Shown: in pieces, positions 10,126-18,979 of the stretch
How positions within the stretch are numbered: position 1 is the stretch's first letter
Layout: every line of letters begins with the position of its first letter
NCBI GenBank assembly: GCA_042573485.1
Contig: JBHPCX010000006.1
Coordinates: 255-64,254 of the forward strand
Origin: Thermodesulfobacteriota bacterium
Lineage (GTDB): Bacteria; Desulfobacterota; DSM-4660; Desulfatiglandales; HGW-15
Direction of reading: 5' to 3'
Length of the DNA stretch: 64,000 bases
Position numbers and translations under genes: made by a program
Notes under the pieces: generated by a model
Told to the model about the DNA's origin: nothing
Database searches by the model: none
The model's input: the letters and a program-made list of their open reading frames with translations, nothing else

Positions 10126-11127
10126 ATGCTAAACAATAAAGACATCATCCTTGCCGGTGATATAGGCGGTACAAAAACCAGTATCGGTATTTTTTCAATG
10201 GGGAAAAAACGGCCCTCTTTAAAATATAAGGTCAGTTATCCCAGCGCCGATTATAATAACCTCGAAGATATTATTGATAAATTCCTTGCAGGCAGCAGGA
10301 TAAAACCGGTTCAGGCCTGCTTTGGAGTGGCCGGACCTGTAAAAAACGGTAACTGCAAAACGACAAATCTCCCCTGGAATATATCTGAAAAGAAGATACA
10401 AAAATATTTCAAATTGAAAAAAACGGTTTTGATAAATGACTTAAGGGCCATGGCTTGTTCTGTCCCCTTTTTAACCGGATCGGAAGTCAGCCGGTTAAAC
10501 TCAATAAGGTCTCCGGGAAATGGCAATATTTCTCTTATTGCTCCCGGTACAGGACTGGGGGTGGCCTTGCTTATATATAATAATGGGGAGTATTTACCCG
10601 TGTCTTCTGAAGGAGGGCATGTAGATTTCGCGCCTAATAATGATCTTGAATCAGGATTGCTCAGGTACCTGGGTAAAAAATACGACCACGTAAGTATAGA
10701 AAGAATATTGTCGGGAGAGGGATTGTATAGCATCTTTAATTACCTTATATCAATTGGGGCCTATAAATCTCCCAAATGGCTATTGAAAAAGATAGAAGAA
10801 GGTGATCCGGCCAAGGTCATCAATGAAGCGGCCGGTACCAGGAGACAGAAACTGTGCCTGAAAACCATAGATATTTTTATTTCAATACTGGGGGCTGCCG
10901 CGGGTAATCTTACCCTGACAGGTATGACAACAGGAGGAGTATACCTGGGTGGCGGTATCCCGCCTAATCTGTTGTGGCGTCTGAAGAAGGGGATATTCAT
11001 GAAATCTTTTACTGAAAAGGGAAGATTTAAGAGTATTTTGGATAGAATACCGGTGAAGGTCATTCTGAATGATAATGCCGCTCTGCTGGGCGCCGCGATA
11101 GCCGGATTTAATATCCCGGATGATTAG
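10126..11127 (+). CDS. glk: Glucokinase
   Basis: LAGDIGGTKT, GVAGPV, TNLPW, IND, APGTGLG, SEGGH, YLGGGI. AGGAG RBS places the start at 10126. Confidence 0.92.
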   Translation: MLNNKDIILAGDIGGTKTSIGIFSMGKKRPSLKYKVSYPSADYNNLEDIIDKFLAGSRIKPVQACFGVAGPVKNGNCKTTNLPWNISEKKIQKYFKLKKTVLINDLRAMACSVPFLTGSEVSRLNSIRSPGNGNISLIAPGTGLGVALLIYNNGEYLPVSSEGGHVDFAPNNDLESGLLRYLGKKYDHVSIERILSGEGLYSIFNYLISIGAYKSPKWLLKKIEEGDPAKVINEAAGTRRQKLCLKTIDIFISILGAAAGNLTLTGMTTGGVYLGGGIPPNLLWRLKKGIFMKSFTEKGRFKSILDRIPVKVILNDNAALLGAAIAGFNIPDD

Positions 11128-11199
11128 TGTCCCTCTCGGAGATTGTTGAAACTCCTTGCATTTAGGCGAGGAAAATTTTGTATTGTCGCATAGCGACTT

Positions 11200-11340
11200 G
11201 TCATTCCCCGACTAGATCGGGGAATCCAGGTTCTTAGTTTTTTCCAAATTGGGCCAAATAGATGCTATCCCAGATGAATCATGGCTACAAAATAATCAAG
11301 GAGAAAATTAAAATGGATTCCCGCCTGCGCGGGAATGACG
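11200..11340. repeat. Inverted pair of CGTC/GTCATTCC-type palindromic repeats
   Basis: GTCATTCCCCGACTAGATCGGGGAATCCA (11200) and TGGATTCCCGCCTGCGCGGGAATGACG (11314). Relatives at 14237, 41864 and 41985. Confidence 0.8.
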
Positions 11341-11471
11341 TTTAATTGGTTTTTCCTAGTATAGTTGATTTTATTCAACTTGCTTTTAAACCTCTCCTCT
11401 TACAGACGAGGATTGTTCAGTAAAAGGGCTTATATTTCTATTGACACTCTGTCACCCTTTTCGATAGGTTA

Positions 11472-11650
11472 AACCTGAATTTTACACCACATATCTATTA
11501 CGGCTTGAAGTGCCTTATCTTTAAAGGTTGTTTCATGATTTTAATCCTCACCATATGCATAATATGCTTGCGGATAAAAATCATTCCAACTTCCCTTTAA
11601 ACACAAGGCTTTCGGCGCCTCATAACGATATCCGGTGTAAAATTCAGGTT
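11472..11650. mobile_element. MITE-like element with 17-bp perfect terminal inverted repeats and an internal rod hairpin
   Basis: AACCTGAATTTTACACC (11472-11488) / GGTGTAAAATTCAGGTT (11634-11650). Internal pairings TTTAAAGG/CCTTTAAA and ATGATTTT/AAAATCAT. Confidence 0.7.
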
Positions 11651-11719
11651 AAAACCCGGTTGTAAAGTTTATTTTTTTAATTTGTTTCAGTATAATTGAT
11701 TGCCGAGGAGGACTGTTCT

Positions 11720-12649
11720 GTGGAAAAGAAAATACTAATTGCTGTAGATGGAGGAATTCATTCCAGAAAAGCTATAGAATATTGCATTAACATCTGTTCT
11801 CTAATTAAAGATGTGCACTATACCCTTATTAATATCAGGCCGAAAATTTCCGATTTTCTTATTAAAGATTCCCAGTTGGACTCAAAGGCAAGTCAGGCAT
11901 TAAAGGATGTAGTTGAAAGAAATAAGGGAAATTCCATGAACATTCTTGATGAATCCATGGAGATTATGGTGAAATTAGGAATGGATGAAAACCTGATTGA
12001 AAAGGTGTCTCTACCGGTAATAAAGGGTACTGCCAAGGGAATTCTTGATTACGCCAAACAGCAGATTTGTGACGCGATAGTAGTCGGAGACAGGGGCAAA
12101 TCAAAACTGGCGGAGGCCTTTACAGGCAGTATCGCCAATAATCTTCTTGAGCACACTGACATAACACCGGTATGGGGGATAGGGGGCGACATAAAATCCC
12201 AGAAAATAATGATCGCGGTCGACGGATCGGAAAGCGCCCTGAAGGCGGTTGACCATGTGGCTTTTATGATTGAGGGAAATCCTGACATTAAAGTAACCCT
12301 GCTGCATGTTACACCTAAATTAAGGGATTATTGCACCATAGAGTTTGATGAAGAAGGTGAAATGATTGAAGAAGTCATAACAAGCGGTGACAAAAAGTGT
12401 GTTGACAGGTTTTACACTCATGCCCAGCAGAAATTTACTGAAGTGGGCCTGAGTGAGAGCCAGTTTGAAGTTAAGGAAGTGGAAAGCAAGTTAAATATTG
12501 GTAAAACCATAGTTGACGCCGCGAAAAAAGAAGGGTGCGGCACCCTGGTTATAGGTAGAAGAGGTGCGAATGAATCTTTCTTTATGGGCAGTGTTTCCAG
12601 ATATGTTCTTACAAACGCAAAAGACTGCGCCGTATGGCTTGTTCCATGA
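11720..12649 (+). CDS. Tandem-domain universal stress protein
   Basis: Two KI(L/M)IAVDG motifs; IVVGDRG..GSIA and LVIGRRG..GSVS; GAGGAGG RBS before GTG. Confidence 0.9.
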   Translation: MEKKILIAVDGGIHSRKAIEYCINICSLIKDVHYTLINIRPKISDFLIKDSQLDSKASQALKDVVERNKGNSMNILDESMEIMVKLGMDENLIEKVSLPVIKGTAKGILDYAKQQICDAIVVGDRGKSKLAEAFTGSIANNLLEHTDITPVWGIGGDIKSQKIMIAVDGSESALKAVDHVAFMIEGNPDIKVTLLHVTPKLRDYCTIEFDEEGEMIEEVITSGDKKCVDRFYTHAQQKFTEVGLSESQFEVKEVESKLNIGKTIVDAAKKEGCGTLVIGRRGANESFFMGSVSRYVLTNAKDCAVWLVP

Positions 12650-12847
12650 TGATAAAACAGAAGATAAGTTGCCGTCGCTGAAAGCTATGGCGGGCCAGGG
12701 AAGATGAGAGGGTAAGAGGTTGAGAAGTTGCGAGGTTCAGATTAATCCTGTTTTAGATTCCTCATTTTCTCAATTTCTAACCTTCTTAATTTCTCATCCT
12801 CTCACGTTTTACGGTCTTTCAACCCCATCAATAAAAACCATACCCCG

Positions 12848-14158
12848 ATGATATCCTCTGAAAAAATAGTTGTCTTCACCAGGTACCCTGTCCCGGGTAA
12901 AACCAAAACAAGGTTGATACCTTCCCTGGGGCCTGTAGGCTCTGCAAACATCCATCGAAAGCTGGCTGAGAATACTTTTAACAATGTAATGCAGTTTTCA
13001 AAAGAACATGCAAAAGGGATCGAAGTGTCCTATACCGGCGGAAGGCTAACCCGGATGAAAGCATGGCTGGGAAAAGATACAGAATTACACCGGCAGTGTC
13101 CCGGTGACCTGGGACAGAGAATGTATAACGATATTAAACAGAGTATCAGGAAGGGAAGCAAGGCTGTTGTTTTAATCGGAACAGATGTCCCTGATATTAA
13201 ACACGAGCATCTTGAAAAGGCCTTTTATGATCTTCATGATTATGATCTTGTGCTCGGTCCAAGCGCCGATGGCGGGTACTGGCTAATTGGAATGAAACAG
13301 CCGCACAATGTGTTCAGAGGTGTTTCATGGGGCAGTGAGAAGGTGCTCGATCAAACCCTGGATCTTGCGTCAGAGAATAACCTTAGAGTTTCACTGTTGC
13401 CTCCTTTAAAAGACATCGATACGATTGATGATTTGTATGAGTGGAAACCGGATGGTCAATGGGAGAATCCCTGGCTCTCTGTCATAATTCCGGTTTTTAA
13501 TGAAGAAGATGTAATCAAAAAGGTTTTAAATAATGTTAATAATAGAGATTCGGAGATAATCGTGGTGGATGGCGGAAGTAATGACAGGACGGTCATAACC
13601 GCCCGTGAACTGGGTGTAAAAGTCATAAACAGTGACAGAGGGAGGGCTGTTCAGCAGAACAAAGGGGCTTCAACCGCCAGAGGAGACGCACTCCTTTTTT
13701 TACACGCGGATACATACCTGCCCCATGATTACCCGTCTATTATTTTCAACACACTCCTAAATAAACAGGCGACTATTGGTGCCTTTAAATTCAAGACAGA
13801 TCTGCAAGCACCTTTTATGAGATTTATTGAATTAATGGTAAATTTCCGGTCTCAATATTTACATATGCCCTATGGAGACCAGGGCCTGTTTATGACAAGA
13901 TCATTTTTTGAATCAGCAGGAGGGTTTCCACAGGTCCCGATAGCCGAAGATTTGTTTTTTCTGAAAAAGAATTATAAAAGAGCATCTGTTAAAATCGTAC
14001 CCGGATACGCCATGACCTCTGCAAGGAGATGGCAGACAATCGGGCTTTTAAAAACTACACTTGTAAATATTATTATACTTGCAGGCTGTTATGCCGGTAT
14101 TTCCCCTGAAAGACTGCATAGATTTTACAATGCTTCAGGTAATTTAGAGAAATCTTAA
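12848..14158 (+). CDS. Fusion of a DUF2064/TIGR04282 (CofC-like) domain and a TIGR04283-like GT2 glycosyltransferase
   Basis: FTRYPVPGKTKTRL, GDLGQRM, IGTDVP, LGPSADGGYWLIG, DIDT; then SVIIPVFNEE, VVDGGS, LFLHAD, YGDQGLF, TSARRW. Confidence 0.85.
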   Translation: MISSEKIVVFTRYPVPGKTKTRLIPSLGPVGSANIHRKLAENTFNNVMQFSKEHAKGIEVSYTGGRLTRMKAWLGKDTELHRQCPGDLGQRMYNDIKQSIRKGSKAVVLIGTDVPDIKHEHLEKAFYDLHDYDLVLGPSADGGYWLIGMKQPHNVFRGVSWGSEKVLDQTLDLASENNLRVSLLPPLKDIDTIDDLYEWKPDGQWENPWLSVIIPVFNEEDVIKKVLNNVNNRDSEIIVVDGGSNDRTVITARELGVKVINSDRGRAVQQNKGASTARGDALLFLHADTYLPHDYPSIIFNTLLNKQATIGAFKFKTDLQAPFMRFIELMVNFRSQYLHMPYGDQGLFMTRSFFESAGGFPQVPIAEDLFFLKKNYKRASVKIVPGYAMTSARRWQTIGLLKTTLVNIIILAGCYAGISPERLHRFYNASGNLEKS

Positions 14159-14236
14159 AATCTATTTGACAGGATTAACAGGATATACAGGATGAAGGAG
14201 CGCGGAGCTTGGAGGTCAGAATCATTTTAACATTTT

Positions 14237-14266
14237 CGTCATTCCCCGGCTGGACCGGGGAATCCA
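14237..14266 (+). repeat. CGTC-type palindromic repeat
   Basis: CGTCATTCCCCGGCTGGACCGGGGAATCCA. Confidence 0.75.
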
Positions 14267-14689
14267 GTAGTTTTATACAATTTTCTCCAGCTAAACGGGA
14301 TTGTCGAAATCCTTCTTAAATCCGCAGATTACACAGATTAACGCAGATTTTTTTATAACAAGCATAAGTATGTATATTTCTTAAATGATACAAGAATGGC
14401 ACTGATAAAAAATGAATGAATTCAATTTTTACAAAGCGCCATTCTATGTTTAATCCCTGATGTGATTACCTGCTCTGCAGGTAGTTAAGAAATATAACTT
14501 TGCACTTTAACCCTTAATCCTGTCTAAAAGGTTTTAAATGTTTTTCTATGTTTACTCTGTGCCTCGAATGAGCATAGCGAATGGGTGTGAGATAAAGTTT
14601 TTATGAAATCTGGAACCTGAAACCTGGAATCCGAAACACTAACAAAGTTGGCAATCCGGAAAAAGTGATAACAGGGTAACCCAAAGATC

Positions 14690-15193
14690 CTACTCAACTG
14701 CCTTAAATTTAGTGCTGACGGCCCCGCACACAGGACAGTTCTCGGGAACTGTATCTTCACTTATATAACCGCATATCTGACATACGTAATAATCGGTTTC
14801 CCTGTCTTCAATCATGTTATTGAGCATCTTTTTATACAGTTCTGCGTGACGGTCTTCAACGTCCCTTGATTCAGTAAATGCCTTAATTATAACCTTACTC
14901 GAGTTTTCTTCTTCAGCTTCTTTTATTAATTGAGGGTATTCATCCGCGTTTGCCTTAATTTCATTTTCAAAGGCAGTTGTTAGATTCTCTTCCGTTGAAC
15001 CTATCTTCCCCCGCATCAGCAGCAAGAAACGGTTGGCATGCACTGATTCTGAGTCGGCAACAGCCTTGAAAAGTTTTGCAACAGCCTGAAATTCCTCTTT
15101 TTCCGCTTTTAGCGCAAAAGCGGCATTGCGTATGGACGCCTTGGATTCAGCAGCAAATGCCTTTGCCAGATTTTTCTCTGTCTTTTCTCCCAT
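14690..15193 (-). CDS. Rubrerythrin family protein
   Basis: AFAAESKA, ESVHA and EDRH diiron motifs; C-terminal CQICG...CPVCG rubredoxin domain. Confidence 0.92.
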   Translation of the reverse strand: MGEKTEKNLAKAFAAESKASIRNAAFALKAEKEEFQAVAKLFKAVADSESVHANRFLLLMRGKIGSTEENLTTAFENEIKANADEYPQLIKEAEEENSSKVIIKAFTESRDVEDRHAELYKKMLNNMIEDRETDYYVCQICGYISEDTVPENCPVCGAVSTKFKAVE

Positions 15194-15367
15194 TTAATAT
15201 CCCTTTCCTTCAGTTAAATTTGTTCCTGTCTTTTAAGAGATGAATAGAAAAATTAACACATTGAATTAACGGCCGCAATATTATAATAGTTATTAACCTG
15301 ATTACACATTTTTGCTTGACCTGAATTGATGATTTTGTTAAAAACTGCACTTTCCTAATCAAAATAT

Positions 15368-15443
15368 TCCCCGGTAGCTCAGCTGGTAGAGCAGGTGGCT
15401 GTTAACCACCCTGTCGGCGGTTCGAGTCCGTCCCGGGGAGCCA
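15368..15443 (+). tRNA. tRNA-Asn(GTT)
   Basis: TCCCCGG/CCGGGGA acceptor stem, GGTGG-CTGTTAA-CCACC anticodon arm, TTCGAGT T-loop, encoded CCA. Confidence 0.97.
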
Positions 15444-15625
15444 ATTTTTTTCTTATTAATTACAAATAGTTAAAGCGTGACCAGTTCATACACCTGCTAA
15501 ATTTTTACTATTTTCAGTCAACATCCTTTGATTGAAGATCAAATTCGGAATTCATATATTATAGTTATCAGCAAAAATTTCATCACTTCATTAGCAATTT
15601 AATATTGAATCAGATGGTACCTCGG

Positions 15626-15800
15626 TTATTCGTCTTCAATGCTCTTAACCAACTCATTCGCGATGTTGGTGCTTTCAATCCTCATAATGCTCTCCCGAGA
15701 ACTACCATAACTCAATAAGTTGATGCTGCCGTACCAAACAATTTTCTGATCCATGATTGCAAATTTTTGATGAATATTGGATTTAAAGACAACACTTATG
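15626..15800 (-). pseudogene. C-terminal fragment of a PLD-like (HKD) domain, as found on helicase/primase fusion proteins
   Basis: IHQKFAIMDQKIVWYGSINLL (HxKxxxxD...GSxN). No start of its own; abuts the stop of the ATPase gene. Confidence 0.6.
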
Positions 15801-15806
15801 GGAAGA

Positions 15807-17039
15807 TTAAGTCCACAACATACCGAAAGGAATAGCCCACATGTCATTGCCAAAAGAAGCTGAATGTTCTCCTGTATAAAGAATAACACCTACAAATAAT
15901 CGGTTTTTTGCTATATTATTCTTGAACCATGCCATATGCTTAAAATCATTTTTATTAATAGCTGATCCGGCTTTAATCTCTATTCCAAGCAATGCATTAT
16001 CTTCCCTTTCTATTAAAAAATCGATTTCCCGTTTTTCCCTGTCACGATAATGGAAAAGCTTATAAATACCGTCACCAGCATCTATTTGTGCCATTATTTC
16101 ATTAAAAGCAAAAGTTTCCACCAATTTGCCTGAACGATCTGAGTCTAAACGTACCTGATCTATCTGCCATCTGAGTAAAGATGTCATTAAACCACTATCG
16201 ACCATAAATAGCTTACTTTGTTTGCCTACTCGATCATAATCTGTTTTTGTCCATGGTGATACACGTTCTATCAGATAGAGTGTCTCTAACGCATTAATAT
16301 AGCTTTCAATCGTCGGTCGCTTAATAGATAATCCTGAACCTATAGCTGAAATATCCATAAATTTACCTGACCATGCTGCAAGTACATTTACCAACTCTTG
16401 CATGTCATTTTTCCGATGAATTCTAGCGATATCTTTCAGGTCTCGTTCCAGTATGGCGTTTATATAGTCAGCGTGCCATCGCTTCCGGGCACGATCCTGG
16501 AGTGCCATCGCTTCCGGAAAACCGCCTCTGAAAGCAATTTCTAGGAGGGCATCACGGTCACAGTTAATATGACTGCGTGAAAACGATTGTTCAAAAGCAG
16601 ACTCAATGAACAGGGGAGCAATTTTTTTCATTTCTCCTTGCGCAAGTGGACGTAAGCGAATTTTGGCAATTCGCCCGGCAAGGGATTCTCTAACAGTAGG
16701 GAGAGATTGAATATTGGCTGAACCTGTTAATAGATATTGACCTGGGCTTGTGTCTTCATCCACGGCTTTTTTAATCGCAGGAAGCAACGAAGGGCTACGC
16801 TGAGCTTCATCAATAATCAGTGTTTTCGTTCTACGCTTTATAAACCCTTTTGGATCGTTTTCAGCAGCCTCTCTAAGAGTGCTGTCATCAAGGGTCCGGT
16901 ATTCTATCTGATCGGACTCCAACTCACGGGCAAGAGTGGTTTTGCCGCTTTGTCTAGGGCCATTCAGAAGCAGTACCCGTCTTTCTAACATCAGATGGTT
17001 TATTGTAGTTTTTTGCCATCTTGGGTAGAGTTTTGTCAT
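15807..17039 (-). CDS. AAA_14 ATPase with DUF4143 (winged helix and PD-(D/E)XK-like C-terminus)
   Basis: GPRQSGKTT, IIDEAQ, LLTGS, ESLAGR, GGFPE, K.FMVDSGL, G.LVETF, YRD..KREIDFLIE, IEIK. Confidence 0.9.
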   Translation of the reverse strand: MTKLYPRWQKTTINHLMLERRVLLLNGPRQSGKTTLARELESDQIEYRTLDDSTLREAAENDPKGFIKRRTKTLIIDEAQRSPSLLPAIKKAVDEDTSPGQYLLTGSANIQSLPTVRESLAGRIAKIRLRPLAQGEMKKIAPLFIESAFEQSFSRSHINCDRDALLEIAFRGGFPEAMALQDRARKRWHADYINAILERDLKDIARIHRKNDMQELVNVLAAWSGKFMDISAIGSGLSIKRPTIESYINALETLYLIERVSPWTKTDYDRVGKQSKLFMVDSGLMTSLLRWQIDQVRLDSDRSGKLVETFAFNEIMAQIDAGDGIYKLFHYRDREKREIDFLIEREDNALLGIEIKAGSAINKNDFKHMAWFKNNIAKNRLFVGVILYTGEHSASFGNDMWAIPFGMLWT

Positions 17040-17054
17040 GCCTAATTTTCCTTA

Positions 17055-17146
17055 CGCGATATGATTATTATTTATGTCGCTATTTTTATAATTTAAATGC
17101 CGCGATTTTGCAAGTTTTATATCCGCAATTTTTATAATTTAAATCA
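17055..17146. repeat. Four imperfect 23-bp tandem repeats upstream of the ATPase
   Basis: Units start with CGC at 17055, 17078, 17101 and 17124. Units 2 and 4 both read CGC(T/A)ATTTTTATAATTTAAAT. Confidence 0.75.
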
Positions 17147-17689
17147 TTTTCTGGTAAACCTATTTCTTAAAGATTCAGGTTGATTTTTTAGCATTTGTAA
17201 AATTTTTTTGATCTTCATGTCATCAGAATCCAATAAAGTCAAAGGTCTGAGTTTCCTCTCTGTAAAATATCGAATCTCGTCAGACAAATCTCCTCTTAGA
17301 AAACAATCAATAATTTTCTCTGGAAGCTTTTTCACGATGGCAACCATCTGGCTTACTCTTGCTTTACTCACTCCAAACTCATCAGCCACATCCTTGTATT
17401 TGAAATCAGGATTACTATCCCAGTATTCGAGATATCTTTGCCCTTCAAAAATAGGATTTTTCCAGTTCCTTTTACTCAAAGCAGATTGCCAATCCCGCTC
17501 AGTGATCGCCCTATTTTTAGAAAAACCTGAAGGTTTCTTGCCTGCAAAAAGGTGCTTCTGTTTCTTAAAACACCTGTAATAACAGGGGATTATCTCAGAA
17601 ACTGTCTTTCCACGATTTGTTAGCTGAGTGTCACGGTTTGGGAGCCATTTCGACTCAAAAAGGGCACAACTCGTGCCCTTTTCGCTCAA
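17144..17689 (-). CDS. HTH protein resembling recombinase-associated C-terminal domains; frame runs through a tRNA 3'-end copy
   Basis: KDVADEFGVSKARVSQMV HTH and FTERKLRPL. Codons WLP are the reverse complement of GGGAGCCA at 17640-17647. The TTG start is uncertain. Confidence 0.55.
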   Translation of the reverse strand: MSEKGTSCALFESKWLPNRDTQLTNRGKTVSEIIPCYYRCFKKQKHLFAGKKPSGFSKNRAITERDWQSALSKRNWKNPIFEGQRYLEYWDSNPDFKYKDVADEFGVSKARVSQMVAIVKKLPEKIIDCFLRGDLSDEIRYFTERKLRPLTLLDSDDMKIKKILQMLKNQPESLRNRFTRK

Positions 17690-17763
17690 GGTCTCCGACC
17701 GAAGAGTGAATAGAGGAGAAATGGTCCTGAGCCTGTCGAAGGGCTGAAAACATATCTTCTTTC

Positions 17764-18033
17764 ATGTCAATATTTATCTATATATTAAGATTGAAATCCG
17801 GGAACATTTATATAGGGTCAACTACTAACCTGGAGAACCGCTATGCTGAGCATATTAAGGGTACAGCAAGTAGAATGACAAAGCTGGACCCACCTGTCAG
17901 GATAGCATACACTGAAACATACGAAACTCAGCTTGAAGCCCGACAGCGCGAAGCCCAAATAAAACGGTGGTCACGGGCAAAAAAGGAAGCATTAATATCT
18001 AAGAATATGAGCAAACTAAAAAGCCTGAAGTAA
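17764..18033 (+). CDS. Stand-alone GIY-YIG nuclease (UPF0213/YhbQ-like)
   Basis: FIYILR...IYIGSTTNLENRYAEH...ARQREAQIKRWSRAKKEALI. Confidence 0.9.
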   Translation: MSIFIYILRLKSGNIYIGSTTNLENRYAEHIKGTASRMTKLDPPVRIAYTETYETQLEARQREAQIKRWSRAKKEALISKNMSKLKSLK

Positions 18034-18203
18034 TTAATTCCTTGCAAAATCAAGTAGAATGGAGTTACCATGCTTCAAATAAATCTTGTCAATTTAAGGC
18101 TATTCAAACTAACTTAATTTCTAATATTTTCTTTAATTGTGTATTTCTAACTCCTGTGTTACATCAACCGAACGGGTTGTTTTGTTAGGAGGGGTGAGAC
18201 ATT

Positions 18204-18881
18204 ATGAAAATTGCTATTTTACTCATTTTGCTGTTTATATCGCAAAACTTATACGCGGATGATACAAACCACTGCCCTTTTTTAGAAAATGAAAATGGTG
18301 CTGTGATAATTGGCTGGATAACTAATTACAGGACGACTATTCAATCCGGCGATGATTCAAGAAGTGTTAAAACCAGGGTCGGCAATTTCAGGCCGGTTGC
18401 GGGAATTGTAGGATCAAAAATATCTGAAACAACAGGGGCCGCTATTAAAAATGACCAGACATTTTGGCCAGTACTTGATACTGCTCATCCGGTAAAACTA
18501 ACGCAAGTGAAATCTTTTTGGAACAAACTTGGAATAGACCATTGTGTTTACCATGGAACAATTGAGAATACAAAATTGAAAAATTGGACTTTATTATCCA
18601 GTAAACCGATTGATGTTTTTCATAAACCATCGGCTGATGAAATATCCTTCTTTAATAAATTGAATACGGATTGTTTGAAAAAGGGGAGTGAACACGAGGG
18701 TAATTATACACCACCCTGCACAAAAGGTTTGTTGCTGGCAGTATCAGACATAGATAAAAATGGTAGTCCCGAGTATTGGGCAACAGAACCCTATACATGG
18801 GATACCGGTCTTACTGTTTATGAATTGAAAAACAATACACTAAAGCCAATTCTTCGTGTTTGTGTCGGTTGCAGCGATTAG
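18204..18881 (+). CDS. Exported hypothetical protein, probable gene cassette
   Basis: Signal peptide, six Cys, DIDKNGSPEY Ca-binding-like motif. Preceded by GTTAGGA and followed by an attC-like site. Confidence 0.7.
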   Translation: MKIAILLILLFISQNLYADDTNHCPFLENENGAVIIGWITNYRTTIQSGDDSRSVKTRVGNFRPVAGIVGSKISETTGAAIKNDQTFWPVLDTAHPVKLTQVKSFWNKLGIDHCVYHGTIENTKLKNWTLLSSKPIDVFHKPSADEISFFNKLNTDCLKKGSEHEGNYTPPCTKGLLLAVSDIDKNGSPEYWATEPYTWDTGLTVYELKNNTLKPILRVCVGCSD

Positions 18882-18895
18882 ACATATATAAATTT

Positions 18896-18968
18896 TTCTA
18901 ACAAATGGCTTTACACGGAATTGCGTTCCGGCGTGCTCTATACAATTCTGTAAGCTTGGTCGTTATTC
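18896..18968 (+). mobile_element. Integron attC-like site (73 bp)
   Basis: TTCTAAC (R'') ... CTTTACACGGAATTG / CAATTCTGTAAG imperfect stem with unpaired bases ... GTTATTC (R'). Lies 14 bp after a stop codon and 11 bp before the next start. Confidence 0.65.
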
Positions 18969-18979
18969 GAGGGGAAAAG

